Below, piece after piece: positions 21,361 to 33,997 of a DNA stretch of 64,000 nt (the first letter of the stretch is position 1; the number at the start of each line of letters is the position of its first letter). The DNA lies in the NCBI GenBank assembly GCA_963788795.1, contig CAWBII010000010.1, positions 147,754-211,753 on the forward strand, read 5' to 3'. The translations under genes were made by a program, and so were the position numbers. This stretch comes from an uncultured Chitinophagaceae bacterium (lineage in GTDB: Bacteria > Bacteroidota > Bacteroidia > Chitinophagales > Chitinophagaceae). A model generated the notes under the pieces. That model did no database searches. It was not told the origin of the DNA and saw nothing but the letters and a program-made list of their open reading frames with translations.

Positions 21361-24300
21361 TTACAATACTATAAATTTTGAAGAGTACATTTTATTATCG
21401 GTGAATAATTTAATTAAATAAACACCGCGGGAAAGCGAAATTGGGATTGTCAATACTCCGTACCGTTGTTTATCAGCGTCGGAAATCGTAATACTGAGTA
21501 TTAGTTGTCCCATGGTATTATAGATCATAAGATGCCCGCCTTGCCCAATATTTGCGTTTGTTGAAATATTCAGAGTATGCGTGCCGTTAGGATTCGGGTA
21601 AATGATAAATTCCTTGTTGTCAATCTGGTGGCTACTTATGTCCGTGAATAATTGAGTTCCCGATATTAATAATGTTGTATCTACCGGATATAATTGCGAA
21701 GTAGGAATAACCTGTTTGTTTATACCCGGCCCGCTCCATTGCAGCACACAACTGGCATTCCATTTATTTTCATAGTATTCGAGCTTGATAATATTCTTTG
21801 TACATTTCGCTAAAGTTATCATTACACTGTCTTCCGGTGCCGATTGGTCTATCCACTTATCCATTACCAACTGGTTGTTGATCCAAAGCCTGTGTCCATC
21901 GTCCGAGCTAACATAAAAGGTGTACTTGCCCGAGTCAGCACTTTGCACGTAACCCGTAAATCTTGCTTTGAAAGAGTCCACACTAATTCCCGAAGGGCCA
22001 CCTGATTTCCAGTTAAAATTGATGGTTGGTTCTGTTTTCGTAATGGTAGCGGTAGAAGGGAAAGGAGCTGTAGATGGTGTATTTGAATAATATTGAGCTA
22101 ACAAGCCGGTGCCATTACCAATACATTTCGTTGTATCGGGGGGGATTACTGTGCTATCTACCGGATATAATTGCGAAGTAGGAATAACCTGTTTGTTTAT
22201 ACCCGGCCCGCTCCATTGCAGCACACAACTGGCATTCCATTTATTTTCATAGTATTCGAGCTTGATAATATTCTTTGTACATTTCGCTAAAGTTATCACT
22301 ACACTGTCTTCCGGTGCCGATTGGTCTATCCACTTATCCATTACCAACTGGTTGTTGATCCAAAGCCTGTGTCCATCGTCTGAGCTAACATAAAAGGTGT
22401 ACTTGCCCGAGTCAGCACTTTGCACGTAACCCGTAAATCTGGCTTTGAAAGAGTCCACACTAATTCCCGAAGGGCCACCTGATTTCCAGTTAAAATTGAT
22501 GGTTGGTTCTGTTTTCGTAATGGTAGCGGTAGAAGGGAAAGGCGCTGTAGATGGTGTATTTGAATAATATTGAGCTAACAAGCCGGTGCCATGACTAATA
22601 CATTTCGTTGTATCGGGGGGAATTACTGTGCTATCTACCGGATATAATTGCGAAGTAGGAATAACCTGTTTGTTTATACCCGGCCCGCTCCATTGCAGCA
22701 CACAACTGGCATTCCATTTATTTTCATAGTATTCGAGCTTGATAATATTCTTTGTACATTTCGCTAAGGTTATCACTACACTGTCTTCCGGTGCCGATTG
22801 GTCTATCCACTTATCCATTACCAACTGGTTGTTGATCCAAAGCCTGTGTCCATCGTCCGAGCTAACATAAAAGGTGTACTTGCCCGAGTCAGCACTTTGC
22901 ACGTAACCCGTAAATCTTGCTTTGAAAGAGTCCACACTAATTCCCGAAGGGCCACCTGATTTCCAGTTAAAATTGATGGTTGGTTCTGTTTTCGTAATGG
23001 TAGCGGTAGAAGGGAAAGGAGCTGTAGATGGTGTATTTGAATAATATTGAGCTAACAAGCCGGTGCCATTACCAATACATTTCGTTGTATCCGGGGGAAT
23101 TACTGTGCTATCTGCCGGATACAATTGCGAGGTAGGAATAACCTGTTTGTTTATACCAGGCCCACTCCATTTAAGAATACAAACAGCATTATATTTATTT
23201 TCATAGTACTCAAGCTTTATAGTGTTTTTAGCGCATTTCGATAGTGTAACAAATGCAATGTCTTCAGATAGTTGTTTGTCCTCCCATTTATCAAGCATTA
23301 ACTGGTTGTTTATCCAAAGCCTGTAGCCATCATCCGAGCTAACATAAAAGGTGTACTTGCCCGAGTCAGCACTTTGCACGTAACCCGTAAATCTTGCTTT
23401 AAAAGAGTCCACACTAATTCCGGGAGGCCCACCTGAGCCCCAGTTAAAATTTACGGTTGGTTCTGTTTTTGTAAGGGTAGGAGTAGCTGGAAAAGGTGCG
23501 GTAGATGGTGTATTTGAAAAATATTGAGCTAACAGGCCGGTGCCGTTACTTGCACATTTTATTGTATCAGGAGGACTTAATGTAGTATCCGCAGGATACA
23601 ACTGGGAGATTGGAATAACCTGTCTCGTTATTCCAGGCCCGCTCCACTCTAGTATGCAATTTGCGTTCCCTTGATTTTCGTAGTATTCAAGTTTTATATC
23701 ATTCTTTGTACACTTGGGTAAGGTGACAATTGTACTGTCATTGGGTGATGATTGGTCTATCCACCTGTCTATTACCAACTGGTTGTTTATCCAAAGCCTG
23801 TAGCCGTCATCTGAGGTAACATACAAGGTGTATTCACCGGAATCAATGCTTTGAAGATAACCCGTAAATCGTGCTTTAAAAGAGTCAACACTAATTCCCG
23901 GAGGCGCACCAAAAACCCAGGTAAAATTGACATTCGGTTCTATTTTTGTAAGCGTAGGGGTAGCAGGGAAAGGCTCTAACGGGGGAGTATTTGAAAAGTA
24001 TTGAGTCAACAAGCCGGTACCGTTGCTAATACATTTTATTGAATCCTCAGGGTACAACTGAACAGTGGGTATTACCTGCTTTACGATACCCGGCCCGCCC
24101 CATTTTAATATACAAGTAGCAGTAGAAGAATTATTGTCATAATACTCAAGTCTTATAAAATTTTTTGTACATCTGCGCAAAGTGATGGTTGCACTGTCCT
24201 CAGATACTGATTTGTCCATCCATTTATCTATCACTAACTGGTTGTTTATCCAAAGCCTGTACCCATCATCTGATGTAACATAAAAAGTGTACTTGCCAGC

Positions 24301-26141
24301 ATCAAGACTCTGCACACTGACCTGAAAATCTTGCTTTAAAAGAGTCGAGGCTGATTCCCTGCGGGGCTACCGGAACCCCAGTTAAAATTAATAGTTGGTT
24401 CTGTTTTTGTAATCGTAGCGGCAGAGGGGAAAGGTGCTGAGGATGGCGAATTCGAGAAGTATTCAGCTAACAGGCCGGTACCGTTACTGATGCATGTAGC
24501 AGTATCCGGTGGATAAAGCCCATAAACTTTTATGGATTTAGAAAACGTTGGAACGAATACTTTTCCATTGGCAACCGTAGGGCTATTAAATTTTGCAAAG
24601 TTCCCTATTACGTCTGTGGGTTCTGGTCGCTGTTCCATAACTCATTACCTGAAACATCATTTGCTCTGATATGCCGCAAAAGTACCAGGTCTAACCTGGC
24701 GATTAGCATTACCGGAACTGGGGAAACACGCCCATACAATTGCTGACGATGTATCCTGTCCGTTTGATGATAGGGAAAGCATAGCACCCGGCATCCCGTT
24801 ATCAAGTGTTCTGGGCCCCTGCTTGTATGAGTTCAGAAAAGTTCCCTTAGCCCTGTCGAAGGTAAATTGCCGAAGGTTAAAACTCTCTGACCAGGCATAC
24901 ACAAATTCCTGCCCGTTTAACTTTGCATATACCGGGGAGCCATGAACATGGACAAAGCCGGTTCTATTTGGATTGAACTCGAGGGTATCTTTTACCTGGC
25001 TATTCGTGGAATTGAAACGACCCATGTTGTTGTAATCAACCACATAAGAAATTCCCTCTTTTGATCCGGAAATGGTGGTGCTGGAATTTGGAATTATTAG
25101 TACGCCATCAGATCCATAATCAAGATCTTCCAAGTCCAAATAAGCATAATTGGCTGGTGTGAACCAGTCAAGGGGTGTTAGCTGTGGCGTGAGTTTTATG
25201 AGGCTGGAGCTTCTATTTCCTACCGTTAGTATTATCTGGCGTGGTGGTACCATTACCTGTTACTACGTAAAGATTGCCATCCTGGCCAACTGATATACCT
25301 TGCCCGGCCATCCAGATACCTCCGAGTCCACCGTTAGGAGTTGTATTGTAGGTATATTCTGAGACTAAGTGATGGAAGCGTCAAAACCTAATATCCATCC
25401 GTGGTACGGTCCCCAATCGCAAAAGGAAGCGCTGGCAACATATACAGTATTATTGTATAAAAGCAAGCCAGGTCGCTGGTTCTGATACTTAGCCTGGTAG
25501 GATATCTGTCCATTTACACTTCCGTTACCTGTGCCGTTTACCTGTGCCGTTATAAGGTGGGGACTTCCTGGTTTGTGTTGACCGGTTTTTAAATCCAACG
25601 CATTTAAATAATCGTAAAAATTTCCACTATTATCAATTGTTTTAGTAGCGACATATAGCGTATTTGAGGCAGTATCAATCACCGGTGTTCCAATTATGCC
25701 GACCTGGCCTGAGAAATCCCTGTAATTACCATCACATGGAGAACCATAGTCTAAATCTTTTAAGTCAGCAGTATTCGGAGCTCTTTGACCAGTAGGATTT
25801 AAGTTTACTTTCCACAAAAAGGCTGTATCAGTTGGGTCATCAGCATTGAAAGCGTAAACAGTATTATTGACGGTAGCCGTATACAGCACGCTGCCGGTAT
25901 GGCCACCGACAGTAATATTGTTAACAACTAAAGGTTGGGCGTAAACTTGATCGTCAACGTTAAATGTGCCAAGCCGACCAAATTTATCTGCTGTAACATT
26001 GGTGTGATTTAAAATTGTTTCTTTATTGTTCCAACCAGTACGGTTTAGATTATTGTGTTGGGTAAGTACGGAAACACCTGTTTGAGCAGAAGAAAAAAGG
26101 CAGGATGTAACAAAAAACAATATTATGAAAAGTACTCTCAT
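21361..26141 (-). CDS. Secreted T9SS protein: PQQ-like beta-propeller, six PA14 domains, T9SS C-terminal domain (several frameshifts)
   Basis: SVLTQHNNLNRTG and DQVYAQPL N-terminal domain; repeated GTGLLAQY...FKARFTGY...SDDG.RLWINNQLV.D.W...KLEYYEN; IYPNP...IYNTMGQ...GVYLIKL...KFIVL; split over five ORFs. Confidence 0.85.
21681..23111. repeat. Three near-identical 477-bp tandem units (PA14 domains)
   Basis: CTACCGGATATAATTGCGAAG recurs at 21681, 22158 and 22635, with a diverged copy at 23112. Confidence 0.95.
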
Positions 26142-26495
26142 AGTGTCAATTAATTTTGATCTCTGAGGTAGTTTTCAATACAAAGGAAAGTTTTTTTTTG
26201 GATATTTACTAAATATTATGAGCCTTTTTCCAACTTTGCTGTTGTCGCCATTTTCAAGCGTGTAAACATCCCAAAGGCCAATTAACGTACAACAGGGTGG
26301 GAAAGAAGGACTACCTCATGAGGGTTGTAAAAATTAAAACAATTCGTATATCTGGGTTTAAAGAAACTGCCGATATTGCATCTAGCTTCCGGAGCTAGTG
26401 TAATTGTTTTAGGAATAACAAAGTCGGCATAAAAATTATTTTTATTAAAAAGAGTTTTGATAAGGTAAGAACTGTGTTTCAAAAGAGGCATAAGG

Positions 26496-26566
26496 TATAA
26501 CTAACGTAAAAGGCTATGCGACAAAGCCTGGGCATGAAACTTCTTATGTCTGGACTAAGAAGGGGG
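26496..26566 (+). repeat. Repeat family B, 3' part
   Basis: TATAACTAACGTAAAAGGCTATGCGACAAAG...CATGAAACTTCTTATGTCTGGACTAAGAAGGGGG, directly abutting the DUF2200 stop codon. Confidence 0.9.
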
Positions 26567-26917
26567 TTACTTTCTCAATATCTTCTCCATTGTTTTCCCT
26601 TTAGCTAATTCATCAATCAACTTATCCAAATAACGCATCTTTTGAATGAGTTTGTCTTCAATTTCTTCCACCCGGTATCCGCAAATTACACCTGTAATTT
26701 TTGACACATTCGGATTAAGTGCAGGCGCCTGAGCGAAAAATGTTTCGAAATCATTTTTCTTGTCAATTTGTTTTTGCAATGTTTGTTTGTTGTAACCCGT
26801 TAACCAAAAAATAATGGCGTCAACTTCTTCTTTTGTGCGTCCTTTTGCCTCCGCTTTTTTTATGTACAACGGATAGACACTGGCAAAAACAATTTTATAT
26901 ATTCTACTCTTGTCCAT
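26567..26917 (-). CDS. DUF2200 family protein
   Basis: [51 protein letters not shown]. Confidence 0.92.
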   Translation of the reverse strand: MDKSRIYKIVFASVYPLYIKKAEAKGRTKEEVDAIIFWLTGYNKQTLQKQIDKKNDFETFFAQAPALNPNVSKITGVICGYRVEEIEDKLIQKMRYLDKLIDELAKGKTMEKILRK

Positions 26918-26979
26918 TTTAGTTGTTATTGAATGTCAAAATTAATTTGTCATAGTTAGCCACAAGTTAGCACGGTCCC

Positions 26980-27189
26980 GCTATTCTTAGTTTATCCATA
27001 ATCGTTAGTCACGCCGCCTGATATTTTTGACTCAGTATTTACAAACAATAAATCTATAACAAATATTCAATTTTGATAAGCTTAAATATACCAGGTTGCC
27101 AACTTACCTGCATAAATATTGCAAACAAATGATAACTGTATTTCGTAACAGACACAAGCATAACTAACGCTAAAGGCTATGCGACAAAA
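26980..27189 (+). repeat. Family A copy followed by a family B segment
   Basis: GCTATTCTTAGTTTATCCATAATCGTTAG...CAAACAATAAATCTATAACAAATATTCAATTTTGATAAGCTTAAAT, then ATATTGCAAAC...CTAACGCTAAAGGCTATGCGACAAA. Confidence 0.9.
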
Positions 27190-27301
27190 TTTTTTTCCTT
27201 TTTCTCATCAACCACTCAGGCAGTAGAAAACATTGCTGAGAATTAATATGGTTACTGCAATAGTTGAAAGTTGATAAATCAAATTTATTTATATTTAGTA
27301 T

Positions 27302-28126
27302 ATGAAAAATACAATCGTTATCTGTTGTTTGTTTCAACTTATTGGCTTTACTTGTTTTTGCCAAAGTATTAAGCCAATTAGCTATGGTAATAACCCTGCT
27401 GCAGGAAAGTATTACAATATAAGGGGCATTAAAATCTATTGCGAAATTTATGGCAGCGGAAAACCGCTATTAATGCTGCACGGCAATGGTGGAAGTATAA
27501 AAAATTTTGAAAAAAACATTCCTTATTTTTCGAAAGATTATGAAGTAATTGTACCTGATAGCCGTGCCCAGGGTAAATCTGAAGACCGTGGTGATTCACT
27601 AAGTTTTGAAATGCTGGCCGATGACGCGGCTGTTTTGCTGGATACTTTGCATATAAATGCAGCCTATGTAATTGGCTGGAGCGATGGAGGAATTAGTGCG
27701 CTTCTACTGGCTATGAGGTATCCTGAAAAGGTAATTAAACTGGCTGCAACCGGAGCTAATCTTTGGCCGGATTCTACTGCCGTAGACACTAAAACCTGGA
27801 AAAAAGATTATGCAACCTATAAATTATATAATACTAATATGATTGGATCACTTGCCCAAAGGAATAAGAAAAAGTTATTTATGCTGGATTGGTTTCAGCC
27901 TGATATAGAGCTTTCTTCGTTGCAAGCCATTAAATGTCCTGCCCTGATTATTGCAGGTGATCACGATGTAATTACAATTGAACACACTACATTAATGTAC
28001 AGGAATATTCCACAGGCATATTTGTGGATTATTCCTAATTCCGGGCATAGAACGATGATTGAACATGTTAATTCTTTCAATAAAACAGTTGATTATTTTT
28101 TTACCAGTTCATATCGTAAAAGATAA
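27302..28126 (+). CDS. Secreted alpha/beta hydrolase
   Basis: LHGNGGS, DSRAQGKS, IGWSDGG, AGDHD, PNSGH. Confidence 0.9.
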   Translation: MKNTIVICCLFQLIGFTCFCQSIKPISYGNNPAAGKYYNIRGIKIYCEIYGSGKPLLMLHGNGGSIKNFEKNIPYFSKDYEVIVPDSRAQGKSEDRGDSLSFEMLADDAAVLLDTLHINAAYVIGWSDGGISALLLAMRYPEKVIKLAATGANLWPDSTAVDTKTWKKDYATYKLYNTNMIGSLAQRNKKKLFMLDWFQPDIELSSLQAIKCPALIIAGDHDVITIEHTTLMYRNIPQAYLWIIPNSGHRTMIEHVNSFNKTVDYFFTSSYRKR

Positions 28127-28157
28127 TATTGAAATAATGTAAAAAGTTTTAATCTCT

Positions 28158-28319
28158 GCTATTCTTAGTTTATCCATAACCGTTAGTTGCAGTCTCCTAA
28201 GATTTTAACTCAGTATTTACAAACAATAAATCTATAACAAATATTCAATTTTGGTAAGCTTAAATACCTGAGTTGAATAGTACTTTTATAGTTTAAAGAG
28301 ACTAAGAGTAGCAGGGGGG
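28158..28319 (+). repeat. Family A plus family E copy
   Basis: A motif followed by TACTTTTATAGTTTAAAGAGACTAAGAGTAGCAGGGGG. Confidence 0.88.
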
Positions 28320-28368
28320 TATACCCCGGGCTTTACTATTGCTGTAATTTCATCCGAATTTCGCAATG

Positions 28369-30548
28369 TCATGCAGGCACTTTGCTCATTTTTTCTCTTT
28401 CCCAAAAACGATGTTGAGCTATCGCATTAATAAAAGACGAAGCAATTGCGGATGTATAATTTTTTCCGGTCACAATGCCTGCTGACATGAGGTTATTCTA
28501 TCATCGTCTTCACTATTTATTTTTTCTCCTGCAAAAGTTGATGATAAAAGATCCACTCCTTCGGCAGTTGCAGCAATTGCTTTACAATGCCTGTAGGCTT
28601 CGTTAATGAACAGAATGGCGTTGGGCTCATTTTTTAAAGCGTTAATGCTATTCTTGCCGCCGGGAATAAATAGGGCATCGAACAAAACAGACGATGATCC
28701 TAAAAAAGCCTGGTCAGCTTTTATTTGTTTATTATCTGCCGATGTAAATACTCCCAGCTTTAAGGCAACAATTTTTACGATAGCGCCTTTTGCTTCAAGC
28801 GCCGCTTTCATTTTCATTAGCGAGTCATCTACACCGTTAGTTGCAAGAAAAGCTACCTGCCTTGTTTTGATGGTGTCTTTAATTGTATTGGCCATGCTTA
28901 ATGCTGCTGATTTTTCTACAGCCTGTTCTACAAAAAAAGGTTGAAAATCTTTTGGTTTTGCGTCGGCTCCGTAGCTATGGTTTATCGGCTGTTCCGGCTT
29001 CGGGGGAACTTTTATGCCGAGATTATCCGCAACCCTGGCCGCAAGGTCGTTATCAATTTGTGTAAGTAAGCCAACAACTCTTATACGTATAGCCTCGGTT
29101 TCGCAATGGCCCAGCTCAAAGCTTAAGGCATCCACCATGTGATTTTGTTCAGCCGTACTCTGACTCATATAAAATAATCTTGCCTGGCTGAAATGATCAA
29201 AAAAGCTTTTACTTCTTGCCCGTACTTTTTTTGCGTCTATGCGTTCAACGTAAGAAGTAAATCCGCCCTCGGTCATCTTCGCCTGGAAGGGGCAACCGCC
29301 ACCTAACGAGTTAGGGTTATACGCAATTTTCCCCTTATTTATTTGCTGGCGCATGTGCCCGTCACGCTGGTGATTGTGCACCGTGTTTATAGAACGGTTT
29401 ATCGGTATCTCGTGAAAGTTGGGGCTTCCCAATCTTGATAATTGTGTATCAGTGTAAGAAAACAAACGTCCTTGTAACAGAGGATCGTTGGTAAAATCTA
29501 TACCCGGTACAAGGTGCCCCGGATGAAAAGCCACCTGCTCTGTTTCTGCGAAAAAATTCTCGGGGTTGCGGTTCAAAGTCATTTTGCCAATGCGCATTAC
29601 CGGAACTTCTTCTTCGGGAATTATCTTGGTAGGGTCTAATAAATCAAAAGCAAATTTATGCTCATCTTTTTCCTGTACGATCTGTACACCAAATTCCCAT
29701 TCAGGATAAGCGCCGCTTTCGATGGCATCATGCAAGTCGCGGCGATGAAAATCAGGATCTTTACCATTAATTTTTAAAGCTTCGTCCCATGTTACAGAAT
29801 GCACACCCAATAAAGGCTTCCAATGAAATTTTACAAAACATCCTTTGTCTTGCGCATTAATAAAACGAAATGTATGGATACCAAAACCTTCCATCATTCG
29901 CAGGCTTCTCGGAATCGCTCTGTCGCTCATTGCCCACATAATCATGTGCATTGATTCCGGCATCAATGAAATAAAGTCCCAGAACGTATCATGTGCAGAT
30001 GCGGCCTGTGGTATTTCATTGTGTGGTTCAGGCTTTACTGCGTGAATGAGATCTGGAAATTTTACAGCATCCTGTATAAAAAACACAGGAATATTATTTC
30101 CTACAAGATCATAATTTCCTTCATCTGTATAAAACTTAACTGAGAAACCGCGTACATCTCTTGCAAGGTCACCGGAGCCCCTGAAACCAGCCACTGTAGA
30201 GAATCTTACAAACACAGGAGTTTTTACCGAAGGGTCTTGCAGAAATCCGGCTTTGGTATATTTTGACATGGATTCATACACCTGGAAATATCCATGAGCA
30301 GCCGAGCCACGGGCGTGAACTATTCGTTCCGGGATTCGTTCATGATCGAAGTGTGTAATTTTTTCCCGAAGAATAAAGTCTTCCAATAATGTTCCGCCTC
30401 TTTCTCCTGCCTTTAACGAATTTTGATCATCATTAATTTTTAAACCCTGGTCGGTGGTCAGAAACTGATCCGTTCCATCTTCCATGTGTGGCGCAAGATT
30501 TTCAATTTTTTTGTCGGTTGGTTCTTTTGGTTTAGATGTTTTAGCCAT
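28369..30548 (-). CDS. katE: Catalase HPII (large subunit; frameshift near the C-terminus)
   Basis: HFDHERIPERIVHARG, VRFSTVAG, DPLLQGRLFSYTDTQ and a C-terminal DJ-1-like domain; tail IAQHRFWEREK is in another frame. Confidence 0.93.
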
Positions 30549-30732
30549 AGTATTTTTTTTACATTAATGCTTAATACAATATCAAATACTTATCCAGAAA
30601 ATTATTCATTCTAAAAAGTGAAATGGATTACCTGACCTTTTTGCCGTGGGCGAACACCGGCTCCCGGAGGATTACTCTTTCTTCTAACAAAGTAACGGTA
30701 TAGCATAAGCGCAAATAATTATCCGGTGTGAG

Positions 30733-31227
30733 TTAGTCATTTTGTTTGTGTTCGAGTATGTCTTCTTTCACATTTTCTTCAATATCCTTTTTACGCTGAT
30801 GCATTTGTTCGGCTTCATCAATTGAATGCGATTGCTGCAGGGACTCTTCTTTTTCTGTTTTGCGTTTAAGTTTTGAGTAATATTTTTGTATCACTTTCAA
30901 TTCTTCTTCTGTCATATTCTCTACGTCTACAAACCGGTTGCTGGCAAATTCATGTGCTGCTACTAATTCATTCAACTTTAATTGTACAGCCATTGATTCT
31001 TTATTCTGTGATTTTTGTATCAGGAACACCATCAAAAAAGTAATGATAGTAGTTCCTGTATTTATAACCATTTGCCATGCTTCAGAATAATGAAATGCAG
31101 GGCCGCAGATTGCCCACACTATTACGGAGCCAAAGGTAATTATTATTGCCGCAGTACTTCCGGTAGCTAACGTTGCTTTAGAGGCAAGGTTTTCAAAAAA
31201 ACCCTGTTTGGATGGATCTTTTTTCAT
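30733..31227 (-). CDS. Low-affinity iron permease (Fet4-like) family protein
   Basis: WQMVINTGTTIITFLMVFLIQKSQNKE...QLKLNEL. Confidence 0.9.
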   Translation of the reverse strand: MKKDPSKQGFFENLASKATLATGSTAAIIITFGSVIVWAICGPAFHYSEAWQMVINTGTTIITFLMVFLIQKSQNKESMAVQLKLNELVAAHEFASNRFVDVENMTEEELKVIQKYYSKLKRKTEKEESLQQSHSIDEAEQMHQRKKDIEENVKEDILEHKQND

Positions 31228-31292
31228 TTATTTTATTTTATATTGAAGGATATGTTACTTCGCCATTTATAATTGCCATTATTCTTTAAAAT

Positions 31293-31320
31293 AAAAGCCA
31301 CCAAATAGAGGTGGCTTTTA
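31293..31320. terminator. Intrinsic terminator
   Basis: AAAAGCCACC-loop-GGTGGCTTTT. Confidence 0.7.
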
Positions 31321-31347
31321 AAGATTGTATAGTGACTCTTAAGGCGA

Positions 31348-31894
31348 CTATACCAGTTCTTCCGCTGCCGCATAATTTACATTTTTCTCAGCAATACCGG
31401 TAAGTTTTTCATCGGTTGTCTTTTCTTCTTCCAGTGTGGAGATAAAGAATATCTGCAATATCATCTCTGCCTAATGTTTTAGCAAGCTGTGTAAGGCCGC
31501 CATACGTTGATATTTCATAATGTTCCACTTTCTGAGCAGCGAGTATAAGGCCAACATCTCTGGTTGACGTTCCTTTTTCAGTTTCCGCTACAATATCATC
31601 ACCTTCTTTTAGAATACCTGCCATCGCTTCGCATTTTTTGGCAACCGGCTTTATATCCAGTAGTTCAAAAACCTGCTCCAGCCGGGTTACATGGCCTTCA
31701 GTTTGTTTTAAATGATCGGCAAAACCTTTTTGCAATTCAGGAGAAGTAGCCGCTTTCTGCATTTTAGGTAAAGCCTTTGTAATGTGCTTTTCAGCCCAAT
31801 AAATATCTTTTATTTCATCTGTAAAGAATTCAAGTAATCTTGAATCATCTGCCCCTTTACCAAAATTAGCAGGTGTTTTTGTTGTTGTTGCCAT
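31348..31894 (-). CDS. YciE/YciF (DUF892) ferritin-like protein (frameshift near 31440)
   Basis: DIYWAEKH, KKCEAMAGI, AQKVEHYEISTYG; the LEEEKTTDEKLT tail is in another frame. Confidence 0.88.
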
Positions 31895-32153
31895 GATTAA
31901 TTTTTTTTGATTTTTTTTGAAGAAATCTTCATTGTAGAATACACAACTTTGCTGCCATCTTTTTCAAAAGATTTTTATTTTAATTACGCCCCACAACTTG
32001 GAAATAATTCTACAAAAAGCATAATAGTGAGGAATATTTAATGCAGCAAAAAGAATAAGTAATAAACGGGTTAGCGTAAATACATGTACTGTCAGGCCAT
32101 AATTAAATTTGATCTGGATAATTACTTAACTTTAAATTTAAAACGATAGTTAT

Positions 32154-32333
32154 ATGAGAAAATTAAACAATGCCTCCGCGTATCTTCCCCTATTCTTCAT
32201 TTCTATCATTTTTAGCAGTTGCCAGGCAATAGGCGATATCTTTAAAACAGGAGTTGGTGTAGGCATTGCCATTGTAGTGATAATTATAATTATTATACTT
32301 TTTGTAATGAGTAAGTTTAAAAAAGATTCTTAA
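32154..32333 (+). CDS. Small membrane lipoprotein (59 aa, below the ORF-track cut-off)
   Basis: Translates as MRKLNNASAYLPLFFISIIFSSCQAIGDIFKTGVGVGIAIVVIIIIIILFVMSKFKKDS*. Confidence 0.75.
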   Translation: MRKLNNASAYLPLFFISIIFSSCQAIGDIFKTGVGVGIAIVVIIIIIILFVMSKFKKDS

Positions 32334-32453
32334 TATTTGGCAGAGTTAAATGAGGAAAATTGTTTGAATAAATATTTTTGTAAGCAATAGATGCTGATGC
32401 AAAGTGCACCCAGACTGCCTCATAAAGGTGGTTTTTTTATTTTTGCGTTTTAT

Positions 32454-33803
32454 TTACCATTCCACATGCCCTCTTATTCCAAAAACGTGAACGGGTCCCC
32501 TGTCTTTGTTATAGCCGGGATTACTAACAAACTGGTAATCGAATGTTAGCCAAAGAAACCTGGTGAGTTTTGCATTGTAATATGTTTCGATAATACCTTC
32601 GTTTCCATAATTTAATTTACCATCGCCGATAATAAATCCATAACCGCCTGCTTTTAAAAAAGCCTGGTGGCCGTTTGAAATACCATTGAGAGCTCCGGCA
32701 AATCCAAATACATCATTTGAACGTTTCCACCCGGTGCCTTTTACAGATATGCCTGCATTTGCACCCTGGTCTATTTCTGTAAATGACCATGTTACATCTT
32801 TCCCATCGTTCCAGCCAACCCTGCTAAAGAAGCCTATCTCATCAGTCAGCTCCTGTTCTATGTTTACACCCAAACCAAATTTTTGCCCTCCGTAAGATTT
32901 ATGTTCCTCATTGCCCTGGATAACATTTAATATAAAAGTGTTGTTGTTAGCAATGGCTTCCAATCCATCTGTATAAGAGGGAGCCTGGGAATTAGTATTG
33001 CTTGCAATAAACCTGATATTACCGGGGCGTTTGTTGATAGAAAATTTATGTTCAAATTCTAAAGTTTCAGAGTGCGCCTTGCTTAATTTATATTCCATTA
33101 AATGATAATTGGCAATACGGGGAACTGCAACGCTCGATAAACGAATTGCCCATTTTGGTTTTATTAATTCTGCTACTACTCCCAGTGTGTAACCTCTTGT
33201 GTCGGCAGGATAATCCCATGCACCATTAGCCCACAACGACCAATTGAAGAATTGTGTACGTGGGTCTTTACTGTAAGTGTTGTCATCATAAAAATCAGCT
33301 ATTGCAAATTTGCCTGCACTAATTGTAATTCTATTGGTTGGTATTTTACCGGCTACCTGGTTTGCATCGTCATCAACATTTTCATAAGTGGTATTGCCCA
33401 ATGGAATATACTGTTGCAAATAAGCCCTTGCTAAAAAAACCTGCGGCTCCACAGCTCCTACACGATAAGTTTCCCCGTTTAAGGCGCCTGCTACACCGGT
33501 AGCAAAGCTCAATCCTTTACCGCCTGAAACTTCCGGATTAAAATAGAATGCGGCACCTTTCCATAGTTTTCTTCCTAAAAATAAAGTAATTGTAAGGCTT
33601 GTGGCTATTGGTTCTACGGTATCTGCCAGGCTGTTTTCACCACTGTATAAAGATTTAAAACCAGAATGTTTTTGAGCTATTACAGTTGATTGAAAATGGC
33701 TTGTCCAATTAGAAGATGAGCTATCTGCTTTTGTTTCCTGTGCTGATGCTATTTGTATAAACGCTGCCAAAGCCAGGGCAGTTGAAATTATTTTTAATAG
33801 CAT
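32454..33803 (-). CDS. Carbohydrate-selective porin (OprB-like)
   Basis: YFNPEVSGGKGLS, GAWDYPADTRGYT, DYQFVSNPGYNKDRGPV. Confidence 0.85.
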   Translation of the reverse strand: MLLKIISTALALAAFIQIASAQETKADSSSSNWTSHFQSTVIAQKHSGFKSLYSGENSLADTVEPIATSLTITLFLGRKLWKGAAFYFNPEVSGGKGLSFATGVAGALNGETYRVGAVEPQVFLARAYLQQYIPLGNTTYENVDDDANQVAGKIPTNRITISAGKFAIADFYDDNTYSKDPRTQFFNWSLWANGAWDYPADTRGYTLGVVAELIKPKWAIRLSSVAVPRIANYHLMEYKLSKAHSETLEFEHKFSINKRPGNIRFIASNTNSQAPSYTDGLEAIANNNTFILNVIQGNEEHKSYGGQKFGLGVNIEQELTDEIGFFSRVGWNDGKDVTWSFTEIDQGANAGISVKGTGWKRSNDVFGFAGALNGISNGHQAFLKAGGYGFIIGDGKLNYGNEGIIETYYNAKLTRFLWLTFDYQFVSNPGYNKDRGPVHVFGIRGHVEW

Positions 33804-33875
33804 TGCTCAATAAATTTTGGGAGTTACCAATGGGTTTATGTACTGTTGTCTTTCGCTTCAAAAATAAAGTATTCT

Positions 33876-33986
33876 ATATTCAATTTGGATAAGCTTACAT
33901 ATTCTGGTTGCTCCGAAGGTTCATCGAACTCCTATGGAGAGTTCCTTTGGAACAAACACCAGGATAGCAGTGGGTACTTTTATAAT
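33876..33986 (+). repeat. Degenerate family A 3' part plus the start of family E
   Basis: TATTCAATTTGGATAAGCTTACAT...GTTGCTCC...GGAACAAACACCAGGATAGCAG..TACTTTTATAAT, similar to 37100-37190. Confidence 0.75.
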
Positions 33987-33997
33987 GTTAGCGGTAG

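Noticed and set aside
28369-31894. katE, Fet4-like and YciF cluster as a novel system
   Set aside because: A common general-stress gene grouping
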